From a bacterium (lineage in GTDB: Bacteria > Myxococcota_A > Bradymonadia > UBA7976 > UBA1532): a stretch of 44,015 nucleotides of DNA. Position numbers and translations under genes: made by a program. The notes below the pieces were generated by a model. It saw only the letters and a list, made by a program, of their open reading frames with translations. It made no database searches and was not told where the DNA came from. Location: assembly GCA_030427205.1 (NCBI GenBank), contig JAUHXC010000011.1:1-44015 (forward strand), read 5' to 3'. The stretch's first letter is position 1; every line of letters starts with the position of its first letter. Shown one piece after another: positions 1-8,400 of this stretch.

Positions 1-945
1 GGCGGTGTTGATCAACCGAGCGGGCTCGTTGGTCCCGTCGGCGGCGATCTCGGCGAGTGCTGTCCCAGGCGGGGGTCCCGTCGACGGCGTTCGCCATGAA
101 GTCACTTCGCTCGATGGTCCCGTCGGCGGCGATCCGGGTGAGCGCTGTCCCAGACGGGGGTCCCGTCGACGGCGTTCGCCATGAAGTCACTTCGCTCGAT
201 GGTCCCGTCGGCGGCGATCTCGGCGAGCGCTGTCCCAGACGGGGGTCCCGTCGACGGCGTTCGCGATGAAGTGAGTTCGCTCGATGGTCCCGTCGGCGGC
301 GATCTCGGCGAGCGCTGTCCCAGGCGGGGGTCCCGTCGACGGCGGTTGTGATGCACTGCGTTCCCTCGGAGGCCCCGTCGGCGGCGATCCGGGCGAGCGC
401 TGTCCCAGGCGGGGGTCCCGTCGACGGCGTTCGCCATGAAGTGAGTTCGCTCGATGGTCCCGTCGGCGGCGATCCGGGCGAGTGCCGTCCCAGACGGGGG
501 TCCCGTCGACGGCGTTCGCCATGAAGTGAGTTCGCTCGATGGCCCCGTCGGCGGCGATCCGGGCGAGCGCTGTCCCAGACGGGGGTCCCGTCGACGGCGT
601 TCGCCATGAAGTCACTTCGCTCGATGGTCCCGTCGGCGGCGATCCGGGCGAGTGCCGTCCCAGACGGGGGTCCCGTCGACGGCGTTCGCGATGAAGTCAG
701 GTCGCTCGATGGTCCCGTCGGCGGCGATCCGGGCGAGCGCTGTCCCAGACGGGGGTCCCGTCGACGGCGTTCGCCATGAAGTCAGTTCGCTCGATGGTCC
801 CGTCGGCAGCGATCCGGCCGAGCGCCGTCCCAGGCGGGGGTCCCGTCGACGGCGGTTCTGATGAGCTGCGTTCCCTCGGAGGTCCCGTCGACGGCGATCT
901 GACGAAGCATCGTTCCGGAAGGGGGCCCCGCCGACGACGGCTCTC
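1..945. repeat. Tandem array of an 85-bp unit, about 11 copies (unit starts at 11, 96, 181, 266, 351, 436, 521, 606, 691, 776, 861; degenerate tail to ~972). Each unit carries the 10-bp perfect palindrome CCGTCGACGG overlapping the palindrome GACGGGggtCCCGTC, plus an internal ~42/43-bp half-repeat (ggtcccgtcgRcggcgWtc).
   Basis: Exact 85-bp periodicity of the atgaagtcacttcgctcgatgg motif read directly in the sequence. Units are ~90% identical with point variants. 85 is not a multiple of 3 and stops occur in all frames across units, so the array is non-coding. Confidence 0.9.
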
Positions 946-972
946 GTGAACTGCGTGCGCTCGCTGGTTCCA

Positions 973-2625
973 TCAGAGGTTGCGCCGCAGCACCGTCGGG
1001 CTCCAGATGTCTTTGCGGGTGGGCGTGAGCCAGGTCGCCGCGGGGAACGGTACGCCGGTGTGGTCGGCGACGTCCTTGGCGAACCTGGTGCAGTTGTACT
1101 CGAGCAGGCTGTAGTCCTTGGGGCTGCGGTACTGGTCGTAGGCGAACTTCAGGCCGGTCTTCCAGCGGTCGAAAGGCACCGGGACGCGCCGGCTGCGGGC
1201 CATGTCTTCGGTCGCGCTGTGGGTCTCGGGGTGCGAGACGCGGCCGGGCACCGCGTCGAAGGGGCTGTCTCCCGTGGCGCCGGGGTACAGGCCGAAGCTG
1301 CGCGCGTCGGCGGTCTGCCCGGTGCTCGTCTCGGTGTGGAAGCTGACCCAGGTGTGGCCCACGCCGGCCGCCATCAGCCCCGCGACGTAGTCCTCTTTGC
1401 GTTCCTTGCGGGCCCGCGGCGTATCGTCCGTGCCCGGCGGGGCCGGCTGCCAGTCCTCGGTGAACTCGTCGGCCACCTCTCGGGCCGCCTCGTCCTTGAT
1501 CTCGCCGCCCGTCTTACGGGTGAACCACTGCATCGCCTTCATGCGGGACCGCTTGATCGCGAAGGTGTCGTAGCGCTCATGCCCGGTGACGGCGTGGATG
1601 TTGAAGACATAGGTCATGTCGTCGGCGGCGTCTTCGGGCAGGGCGCGCACCGCGTCGCGCCAGGCATCGAACCGCGCGACCCGATCGGGCTTGCGCTGCA
1701 GCCGCCCGCGGTCCCAGTCGACGCTCTCGATCAGCGCGCGCGCCGCGGCGACCTTGCGCTGCTTGTCGCGGCCGCCGGCGCCCTCGTTGGCCGCAATGTA
1801 TTTGCGCGCCTGGGCCTCGATGGCGTTGTGCAGCACCTGCCGCCGGGTCGCCGCGTCGGCTGCGTCCCCGGCGATCGCGTGCCACTGTTCGACGAGGCCG
1901 AGCAGCGCTTTGTACTTGCCCCGCGACGACGGGGCGCCGCCGTAGGCCCGCATGTCGTCGACGGTGATCAGGCATTGCACCACCGGCGCGCTCGGCCGGC
2001 CCAACGTCGGCGGCCGGCCGGGCCGGCGCACCCCGGACTGCTGCACCGCGTGGGCGATCTCGTGGCGCAGCACCGCCTGCCCGCTGCGGGTCTCGACGGC
2101 GCAGCGGGCGGGGTCGAGCCAGATGGTCCGGCCGACGGTGGCCGCGGTGGCGCCGAGCCCGCGGGTGACCTCGGCGGCGCGGCGGTCGCTGTGCAGCCGG
2201 ATGCCGCTCAGGTCGACGCCGAAGCGGGGTTCGAGGCTGCGGCGCAGGTGCGCCGAGAGCGGGCGGCCACGCTCGAAGCCGCGGCGGATGGCGGCGCCGG
2301 TCTCGGCGTCGACGGGCGCGCCGCCACGGGGCCGCGGTCCGCGGGCCGGCGGCGGCGCGCGGCCGCCCGCGGGCTGAGGGCGGTCGGGCGCGGTGCGCTC
2401 GGCGGCGCGATGGGCCGCGTCTTCGAACCGATCGTCGGCCGGGCGTACGGTGAGGCCGGGGTCGGTGGCGGGGGTCGCGGCGGCCCGCATCCGCCGCAGC
2501 AGGGCGCCGACGCTGCGGTTGCCCATGCCGCGCCCGGCGTCATGCCCGGCGCCATGTTCGGCGTTGGCGCGCCGGGCGCCGGTCTCGCCCGGCCGCTTGG
2601 CGATGGCTCTGGTCGCGCGGGTCAT
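973..2625 (-). CDS. DUF4157 domain protein (zincin-like HExxH motif LRHEIAHAVQQ preceded by FGVDLSGIRLH...LGATAATVG) with a C-terminal region resembling a PPPDE/permuted-papain cysteine peptidase (H..SFG...P then YSLLEYNCTRF). No signal peptide or TM; effector or toxin-like.
   Basis: Full ORF with codon bias consistent with neighbours. DUF4157 signature block recognised (GxDLSxVRxH ... LGAxAxTxG ... HE[IL]AHVVQQ). Ordered His-before-Cys motifs at the C-terminus match the PPPDE/DeSI pattern. GGGGAG RBS 4 nt upstream of the ATG at 2625. Confidence 0.75.
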   Translation of the reverse strand: MTRATRAIAKRPGETGARRANAEHGAGHDAGRGMGNRSVGALLRRMRAAATPATDPGLTVRPADDRFEDAAHRAAERTAPDRPQPAGGRAPPPARGPRPRGGAPVDAETGAAIRRGFERGRPLSAHLRRSLEPRFGVDLSGIRLHSDRRAAEVTRGLGATAATVGRTIWLDPARCAVETRSGQAVLRHEIAHAVQQSGVRRPGRPPTLGRPSAPVVQCLITVDDMRAYGGAPSSRGKYKALLGLVEQWHAIAGDAADAATRRQVLHNAIEAQARKYIAANEGAGGRDKQRKVAAARALIESVDWDRGRLQRKPDRVARFDAWRDAVRALPEDAADDMTYVFNIHAVTGHERYDTFAIKRSRMKAMQWFTRKTGGEIKDEAAREVADEFTEDWQPAPPGTDDTPRARKERKEDYVAGLMAAGVGHTWVSFHTETSTGQTADARSFGLYPGATGDSPFDAVPGRVSHPETHSATEDMARSRRVPVPFDRWKTGLKFAYDQYRSPKDYSLLEYNCTRFAKDVADHTGVPFPAATWLTPTRKDIWSPTVLRRNL

Positions 2626-2705
2626 GGCTCTCCCCGAGGCGTCGGAACAGCGTAGACCAGCGCTACGCCGCTGAACAGGTGGCCCGCCAGGGCCGCCGGG
2701 GGCGT

Positions 2706-3980
2706 TCAGGGGGCGTCTTCGTCGTACGGCGCGGCCTCGGGCTGCGCCGGTATCGGATCGAGCGCGGGCGGGGCATCGGGGGTCGCGGGCGGGGCATCTT
2801 CGGGCGCGGTCGAGGGGTCGCCGGGCGCTGCGGGTGGCTCCGCGGGCGCCGCGGGCGGCGGTTCGGCCCGGTCGACGGCATTACGCAGCTGCTGCAGCGG
2901 GTCGACGGTGCGGGCGCGGAAGGCGGCGCGCAGCACCTCGGCGGACAAGCCGTCGGCCTGCTCGGCGTCGACGTGCGCCCCGTTGCCGGCGGCGGCGATG
3001 GCCCGATGCTGGGGGCGCACGAGGCGGTCGTGCTCGCGGGTGATGCCCCGGCGGCGGCCGTAGCCCGGCGGCGGGGTCGAGAGCATGTAGATCCGGCCGC
3101 CGGCGGCGGCGAAGCGGCGGGCGGTGTCGAGGCAGGGGCCCGCGCCGGGGTCGTCGGCGGCGGCGTCGCTGGTGGTGAGAATCAGCTTGATGGCGCCGGG
3201 TCGCCAGCGGGCCTTCTCCGCGGCGCCGAGGCCGCCGCAGAGCCACTCGGGGCGGTCGTCGTCGACGCCGGTGCTGGTGGCCTCGATGCCGGCGAGGAAG
3301 TCGGCGAGCTCGGCGGCGTCGGCGGTCAGCGGGTGCTGTTCGAGGCGCATGCCGGGGGCCTCGCGGCGGTCGCGGAAGACGATGGCGCCGACCCGGGCGG
3401 TGGGGCTGACGACGCGCAGGGTGTCGACGGTGGCCCGCAGGTTGCGCCGGGTGGCGTCGAGGCCGGCGGCCATGGACGCGGTGCCGTCGATGACGAGCAT
3501 GACGTCGACGGGGCGGGCGGTCAGCGGGTCGAGCTCGCCGAGCACGGCGCGCACGCTCTGGTCGAGTGCGGCGGCGCGTCCGCTGGCCTGCTGCGCCCGC
3601 TGCTCGCTGGTGGCCAGGGCGGCGGTGAGGGCCTCTTTGTCGGCGATGAGGCCGTCGCGCTCGGCGAGCAGGCGGTCGCGATCGGCCTGCAGGGCGGCGA
3701 GGGCCACGCTGGCTTCGCTGGCGGCGCCGCTGGCCCGGCGGGCGGCGGCCTCGGCGATCCGCTTGCGGTCGAGGGCGGCGATACGCGCCGATTCGGCTCG
3801 GGCCCGGGCCTCGGCCTCGGCCACCAGCGAGTCGCGGGCGTCGGTGAGCGAGGTGCGGATGTGCATCACCGCGACGAGGAAGAGCAGCAGCACGCAGCCG
3901 AGCGCGGTGGTCAGGATGTCGGCCAGCGAGGTGCCGAAGACCTCGGCGCCTCGGCGGCCGTCGCGGCGGCGGCGGCTCAT
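2706..3980 (-). CDS. MotB/ExbD/TolR-like single-TM protein (N-terminal Arg-rich cytoplasmic stretch, TM helix SLADILTTALGCVLLLFLV with the conserved Asp) followed by a periplasmic coiled coil, a von Willebrand factor A (vWA) domain (VMLVIDGTASM...) and a Pro/Ala-rich tail.
   Basis: The ORF track gives 2706..4670, but its first 230 aa are an Arg-rich out-of-frame read-through of the upstream gene. The true start is the ATG at 3980 (MSRRRRDG...), forming an ATGA overlap with the upstream stop at 3977-3979. The TM motif AD[IF][LM]T[TA]A resembles E. coli MotB YADFMTAMMAFF (recalled from memory) around the proton-conducting Asp32. The vWA block DGTASM plus downstream hydrophobic strands is typical. 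Confidence 0.7.
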   Translation of the reverse strand: MSRRRRDGRRGAEVFGTSLADILTTALGCVLLLFLVAVMHIRTSLTDARDSLVAEAEARARAESARIAALDRKRIAEAAARRASGAASEASVALAALQADRDRLLAERDGLIADKEALTAALATSEQRAQQASGRAAALDQSVRAVLGELDPLTARPVDVMLVIDGTASMAAGLDATRRNLRATVDTLRVVSPTARVGAIVFRDRREAPGMRLEQHPLTADAAELADFLAGIEATSTGVDDDRPEWLCGGLGAAEKARWRPGAIKLILTTSDAAADDPGAGPCLDTARRFAAAGGRIYMLSTPPPGYGRRRGITREHDRLVRPQHRAIAAAGNGAHVDAEQADGLSAEVLRAAFRARTVDPLQQLRNAVDRAEPPPAAPAEPPAAPGDPSTAPEDAPPATPDAPPALDPIPAQPEAAPYDEDAP

Positions 3981-5173
3981 CGCTCGGGCCCGAAGGGGCC
4001 GTCGTCGCTTTCGAGGTCGCCGTCGCCCATGGTGTAGGGGGTCGAGGTCTCGCCTTCGGGCAGGTCGAGCCGGGTCGAGGGGCCGACGGCGTAGCCCCGG
4101 GTCGGCTGGCGGGGGCGGGCCGGCGCGCCTTCGCGGCGCACGATGAGCGGCTGCTCGCCCTGGCGGCGCAGGGCGCCGAGCTCGTGCTGCAGCCGGGGCA
4201 GCGCGGCGCGGGTCTCGCGGGCGGCCTGCACCAGCTCGGTGACGGCGCCGTCGATGGGCGGCAGGGCTTCGAGGCGGCGGGCGACGGCGGCGAGCGCGGT
4301 GTCGATGGCCTGCATGCTGCGCTCGATGCGGGCGACGGTCTCGGCCTGGCGGTCGAGGGCGGCCTCGGCGGGGGTCTGCTGGGCGAGGCCGGCCAGGTCG
4401 AGGCGCTGCACGTAGCCGGCGCCCAGGTCGCGCTCGATGCGCTCGAGCAGGCGCTTGTCGCGGCCTTCGAGGCCCACTTCGAGCAGCTTGAGCGGCACGA
4501 CGAGCGCCAGGGCGAGCAGGGTGGTGTCGAAGGCGACCGCGAGCCCGGTCACCGCGGGGATGAGCGCGGCGAGGTCGTCGCCGACGCCGGTGATGACCCC
4601 GTCGAAGCTGGCGATGGCCCCGGCCATGCCGACGACGGTGCCCAGGAAGCCCGACAGCGGCAGCAGCCACATGGCGGCGGTGAGCGGGCGGTAGTCGTCC
4701 TCGACCCGGGCGTGGGCCCGGTCGACGGCCTGGGTGGCGGCTTCGAGCAGCTCGTCGCGGGTGGGGCGCTGGCTGCGGAAGTAGCTGAGGACGGCGTAGA
4801 GCACATCACCGGCGAGGGTGTCGCGCAGGCGGGTGAGCACCTCGAGGCGGCCGGGCAGCTCGCTGCGATCGACGGCGCCGTGCCGCAGCTCGCGGCAGGC
4901 GTCGAGGGCCCGGCGCTCGCCGGCGTGCACCACGAGGCGGCGCAGGATGTGGCCCACGCCCCAGAAGAAGAGGCCGACGGTCAGCGGCTGGCTGAAGCCG
5001 CGATCCCAAAGCAGCGTATGCAGCCGGGTCTCGGGGGCGAGCGCGTCGACGGCGAAGAAGAGCCCGGCGGTGCCGGCGACGGCGGCGAGCAGGGGGATGA
5101 AGCGGGTCCAGCCGCCGACGAGGGCGGCGGCGCCGCGGGAGGCGGTGAGTTGGCGGGGGTGGGCGATGTCCAT
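3977..5173 (-). CDS. MotA/TolQ/ExbB proton-channel family protein with 4 TM helices and a ~150-aa C-terminal cytoplasmic coiled-coil tail.
   Basis: Signature LLPLSGFLGTVVGMAGAIASF...AALIPAVTGLAVAFDTTLLALALVVPLKLL matches the MotA/ExbB TM3-TM4 channel motif. The ORF track start is 5233. The ATG at 5173 (MDIAHP) has a GGGAG RBS 6 nt upstream and is preferred. The stop overlaps the downstream start (ATGA). Confidence 0.75.
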   Translation of the reverse strand: MDIAHPRQLTASRGAAALVGGWTRFIPLLAAVAGTAGLFFAVDALAPETRLHTLLWDRGFSQPLTVGLFFWGVGHILRRLVVHAGERRALDACRELRHGAVDRSELPGRLEVLTRLRDTLAGDVLYAVLSYFRSQRPTRDELLEAATQAVDRAHARVEDDYRPLTAAMWLLPLSGFLGTVVGMAGAIASFDGVITGVGDDLAALIPAVTGLAVAFDTTLLALALVVPLKLLEVGLEGRDKRLLERIERDLGAGYVQRLDLAGLAQQTPAEAALDRQAETVARIERSMQAIDTALAAVARRLEALPPIDGAVTELVQAARETRAALPRLQHELGALRRQGEQPLIVRREGAPARPRQPTRGYAVGPSTRLDLPEGETSTPYTMGDGDLESDDGPFGPER

Positions 5174-5247
5174 GGGCGGCTCCCGCGGTGTGGGGTCGCC
5201 CATAGAATCAGCGGCGGGGGCCGATTTGTTCAACCGGCCCGCCGATT

Positions 5248-5420
5248 AGGGCTTGGAAGGAAATTACTCGGACCCGCGAGGGCGTGAGCTCGGCCCCCAG
5301 TCGCCAGCGCCCCCGCAGCCGGCGACGCAGTCGTACCAGAGGTACGGCGAGGAGTCGGCGAGGAGGCAAGCGGCGAATGGGGGTCGAGATCGCGGCCGCA
5401 GCCCGAGTAATTTGCTGACA
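5248..5420. repeat. Imperfect ~23-bp inverted repeat (gggcttgGAAGGAAATTACTCGG ... CCGAGTAATTTGCTGACaagccc; an 11-bp perfect core AAATTACTCGG/CCGAGTAATTT plus a 7-bp outer match) flanking a ~125-bp segment. The arms are locally AT-rich in a 70% GC background. An internal small hairpin CGTACCagaGGTACG is present.
   Basis: Read directly from the sequence. Lies between the stop of the giant LTD gene (5426) and the start of the motA-like gene (5173), both on the minus strand. Confidence 0.6.
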
Positions 5421-5425
5421 AGCCC

Positions 5426-8400
5426 TTACATCGGCTCGCCGCAGAACGCGCCGAACTCGTCATCGACGCAGACGAAGTCGAAGTCGGCGCAGTTGTCGGT
5501 GAAGTTGACCCGGTACTCGCAGGTGGGCTGGCCGTCGTCGCCGACGACGCACTGCCCGTCGCCGCCGTAGAAGGCGACGGTGGTGGGGTCCTGGCAGAAG
5601 GCCGGCGGCGGGTCGAAGCAGAAGACGTCGGCGCAGGGGTCGCGCACGATGTCGAGGTCGATGGCCGCCTCGGCGGAGTAGCCGTTCTCGAGCCCGTCGC
5701 TGTCGCAATAGGCCCAGGTGCGCCCGCCGTCGACGCTGAAGCGGAAGGCCATGTCGTAGGCCCCGCTCACCGGCTGGCCGGGGTCGAACGAGGCGGTGTA
5801 CTCGTCGTAGGCGGGCGTGCCGCGGTCGTCGCCGTTGTAGCCGGGGGTGTCGATGGCCGGGGTCCAGCTCCAGTCGAGGTTGCCGGCGGGGTCCGATCCG
5901 CGCGGCCCGTAGCCGCCCTCGGCGACGAGCAGGCCGTCGAGGTCGACGAGCGGGGAGCGGTCGGTGATGCCGGCCTCGAAGACCAGGCCGGTGACTTCGA
6001 GCGGCGGGTTGAAGCCGCCGGCCTGCCACTCGGTGGGCACGACGGGGAAGTTGAAGCGGCAGTCGTCGACGGTGACGTCGACCTCGGGGCACTGCGGGTT
6101 GGGCAGGCCGGGGGTGCCGAGGTGGTCGAGCGCGGCGTCGCCGCCGGGGTCGGCGAAGTAGACCACCTCGCCGAGGCACCAGTTGATGCCCTCGTCGTTG
6201 GCGTCGAAGTCGTAGGCGTCGGGGTCGAGGCTGATCGAGGCCGCCGAGGCGTCGGGGAAGGTGAAGCCGTCGTCGTAGCCGAAGGTGTCGACGAGCGCCG
6301 CGCCGCAGTACAGGTTGAGCCGGCCGGCGGCGTTGGGCAGGGCGAAGTCGAAGGTCTGCGCGACCTGCAGCCCGCCGTTGACTTCGGGGTCGGCGGAGCG
6401 GGCGAGCAGCGCGACGCCGCCGGCGGCGAGGTTGATCGTCAGCCGGGTCGAGGCGCCGCCTTCGAGGCCCATGGTGCAGCCGTCGAGCACGAGGTCGCGG
6501 TCGGTGGTATTGGTCAGCTCGATCCACTCGGCCTGGTTCTCGGCGAGCACGCCCTGGGGGTCGTAGAGCATCTCGCTGAAGACCACGTCGCCCTCGCCGG
6601 CGATGGCGTCGGGCGATACGCAGCGCCCCGCGGCGCAGGCCTGTCCGATCGCGCCGCAGTCGACGAGGTCGAAGTCGTAATCACAGGTCGCGGCGTCGTC
6701 GACGATGTTGCACGTGCCGAGCGCGTGGTAGGCGGCGACGGTGGTGGCGTCGAGGCACTCGTCTTCGGGCACGTCGACGCACGGGTTGGGGTCGCAGGCC
6801 CCGAGGTTGTCGCCGCACGAGGGGTTGGGCTGCCCGGGGGTGCCGAAGTGCGGCGGGTCGCCGTCGAAGTAGGCCCCGGTGGCGTTGCACCACGCCTCGC
6901 CGAGGTCGTTGAGCTCGGCGTCGACGAAGTCGGGGTCGAGCTGGTAGGCCACCGCGGGGATGTTGCCCGGGAAGCCGGCGAGCGCGTAGTCGACCGCGTC
7001 GATGGTGGTCTGCCCGCAGCGCAGCTCGACGATGTCGCCGCCGTTGTTGAGGCTGAAGTTGAAGATGCCGTCGGGCGCGATGCCGCCGTTGGCCGCCGGG
7101 TTGAGCGAGCGGGCGAAGAGCAGGATCGCGTCGGCGGGCACGAGCAGGTCGCCCACCGCGAGCCCGTTGGCGCGGTCGCGCACCTCGCACCCGGCGAGGT
7201 CGAGCAGCTCGCCGCTGACGTTGATCAGCTCGAACCACTCGCCGGCCTGCTCGTCGATCTCACCTTCGGTATTGCGCTGGATCTCGTTGACGACGATGTC
7301 GCCCGGCTCGGGGGCCCGGGCGCCGGCGGCGTCGCAGAGGCCGTCGACGCAGCCGGCGGCCCCGCAGTCTTCGCGGATCTCTTCGGGCGGGATGCACACC
7401 GGCTCGCCGTCGACCGCTTCGCACGCGGTGACCCCGTAGCTGACGGCGACGTCGCCCTCGCAGAAGGCGGCGGGCGCGTCGGCGCAGGGGTTGGGGTCGC
7501 AGGGGTCGCCCGCCGGGCACTCGCGGTTGGGCAGCCGCGGGGTGCCGAGGTGCTCGGGGTCGAAGATGTAGGGGTCTTCGGCGAGGCACCAGTTGCGGCC
7601 GAGGTCGTTCTGCTGGGCGTCGAGCCGGTTGCTCGAGAGGTTGATCGAGGCCGCCCGCGCGTCGGGGAAGGCGCCGCCGTCGTCGTAGTTGACGGTGTCG
7701 ATCAGCGCGCCGTCGCAGCGCAGGTTGACCTCGTCGCCGCCGTTGGTCAGCGAGAAGTCGAAGGTGCCGTCGACCTCTTGCAGGCCGCCGTTGAGGATCG
7801 GGTCGTCGACCCGGGCGAAGAGCGCGTAGCCCCGCGCGGCGATCTCGACGCCGGCGATGGGGGTGCCGCTCGCCGAGTCGGCGATCTCGCAGCCGTCGAG
7901 GCTGAGCGGGGTGTCGGTGGTGTTGTACAGCTCGATCCACTCGGCGAAGTTCTCGTCGAGCCCGTTGTGCGGGTCGTAGAGGATCTCGCTGACGATGACC
8001 TCGCCCGGCGCGGGGAGCCGCGCCCCGCCGCAGGCGCCGTTGACGCACTGCGCGTCGACGCAGTCTTCGCGCTGCTCGGGGTAGTCGCAGGTGGCGAGGC
8101 CGATGGCGTCGACGCCGCAGACGCCCACGTCGGGGTAGGTCACGGCGGTGTTGCCGTCGCAGACGCTGACCGGCGGGTTCACGCAGGGGTTGGGCGCGCA
8201 GGGGTTGGCCGGCGGGTCGACCACCAGCCGCCCGGCGTCTTCGACCCGGTAGCCGTCCGACGAGCCGGCGTCGCCGCTGTCGCAGACCTGCCAGGTGCGG
8301 CCGCCGTCGACGCTGAAGCGGAAGGCGAGGTCGTACTCGCCGGGGATCGGCATGACCACGTCGGCGCGGTACTCGTCGTTATTGGGCTCGCCGAGCCCGC

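Noticed and set aside
1-945. 85-bp array as a possible CRISPR locus
   Set aside because: Whole units are repeated with no unique spacer segments and no cas genes nearby.
946-2655. 569-aa plus-strand ORF opposite the DUF4157 gene
   Set aside because: Antisense artefact; the minus-strand product has a clear DUF4157 signature.
3981-4670. Arg-rich 230-aa N-terminal extension of the vWA ORF
   Set aside because: It overlaps the MotA-like gene out of frame and its composition is RRRPRR-type. The ATG at 3980 gives a sensible MotB-like N-terminus and an ATGA coupling overlap.
2679-5287. Plus-strand ORFs 2679..4037, 3124..4146, 4184..5287
   Set aside because: Antisense to the vWA and MotA-like genes; no motifs.
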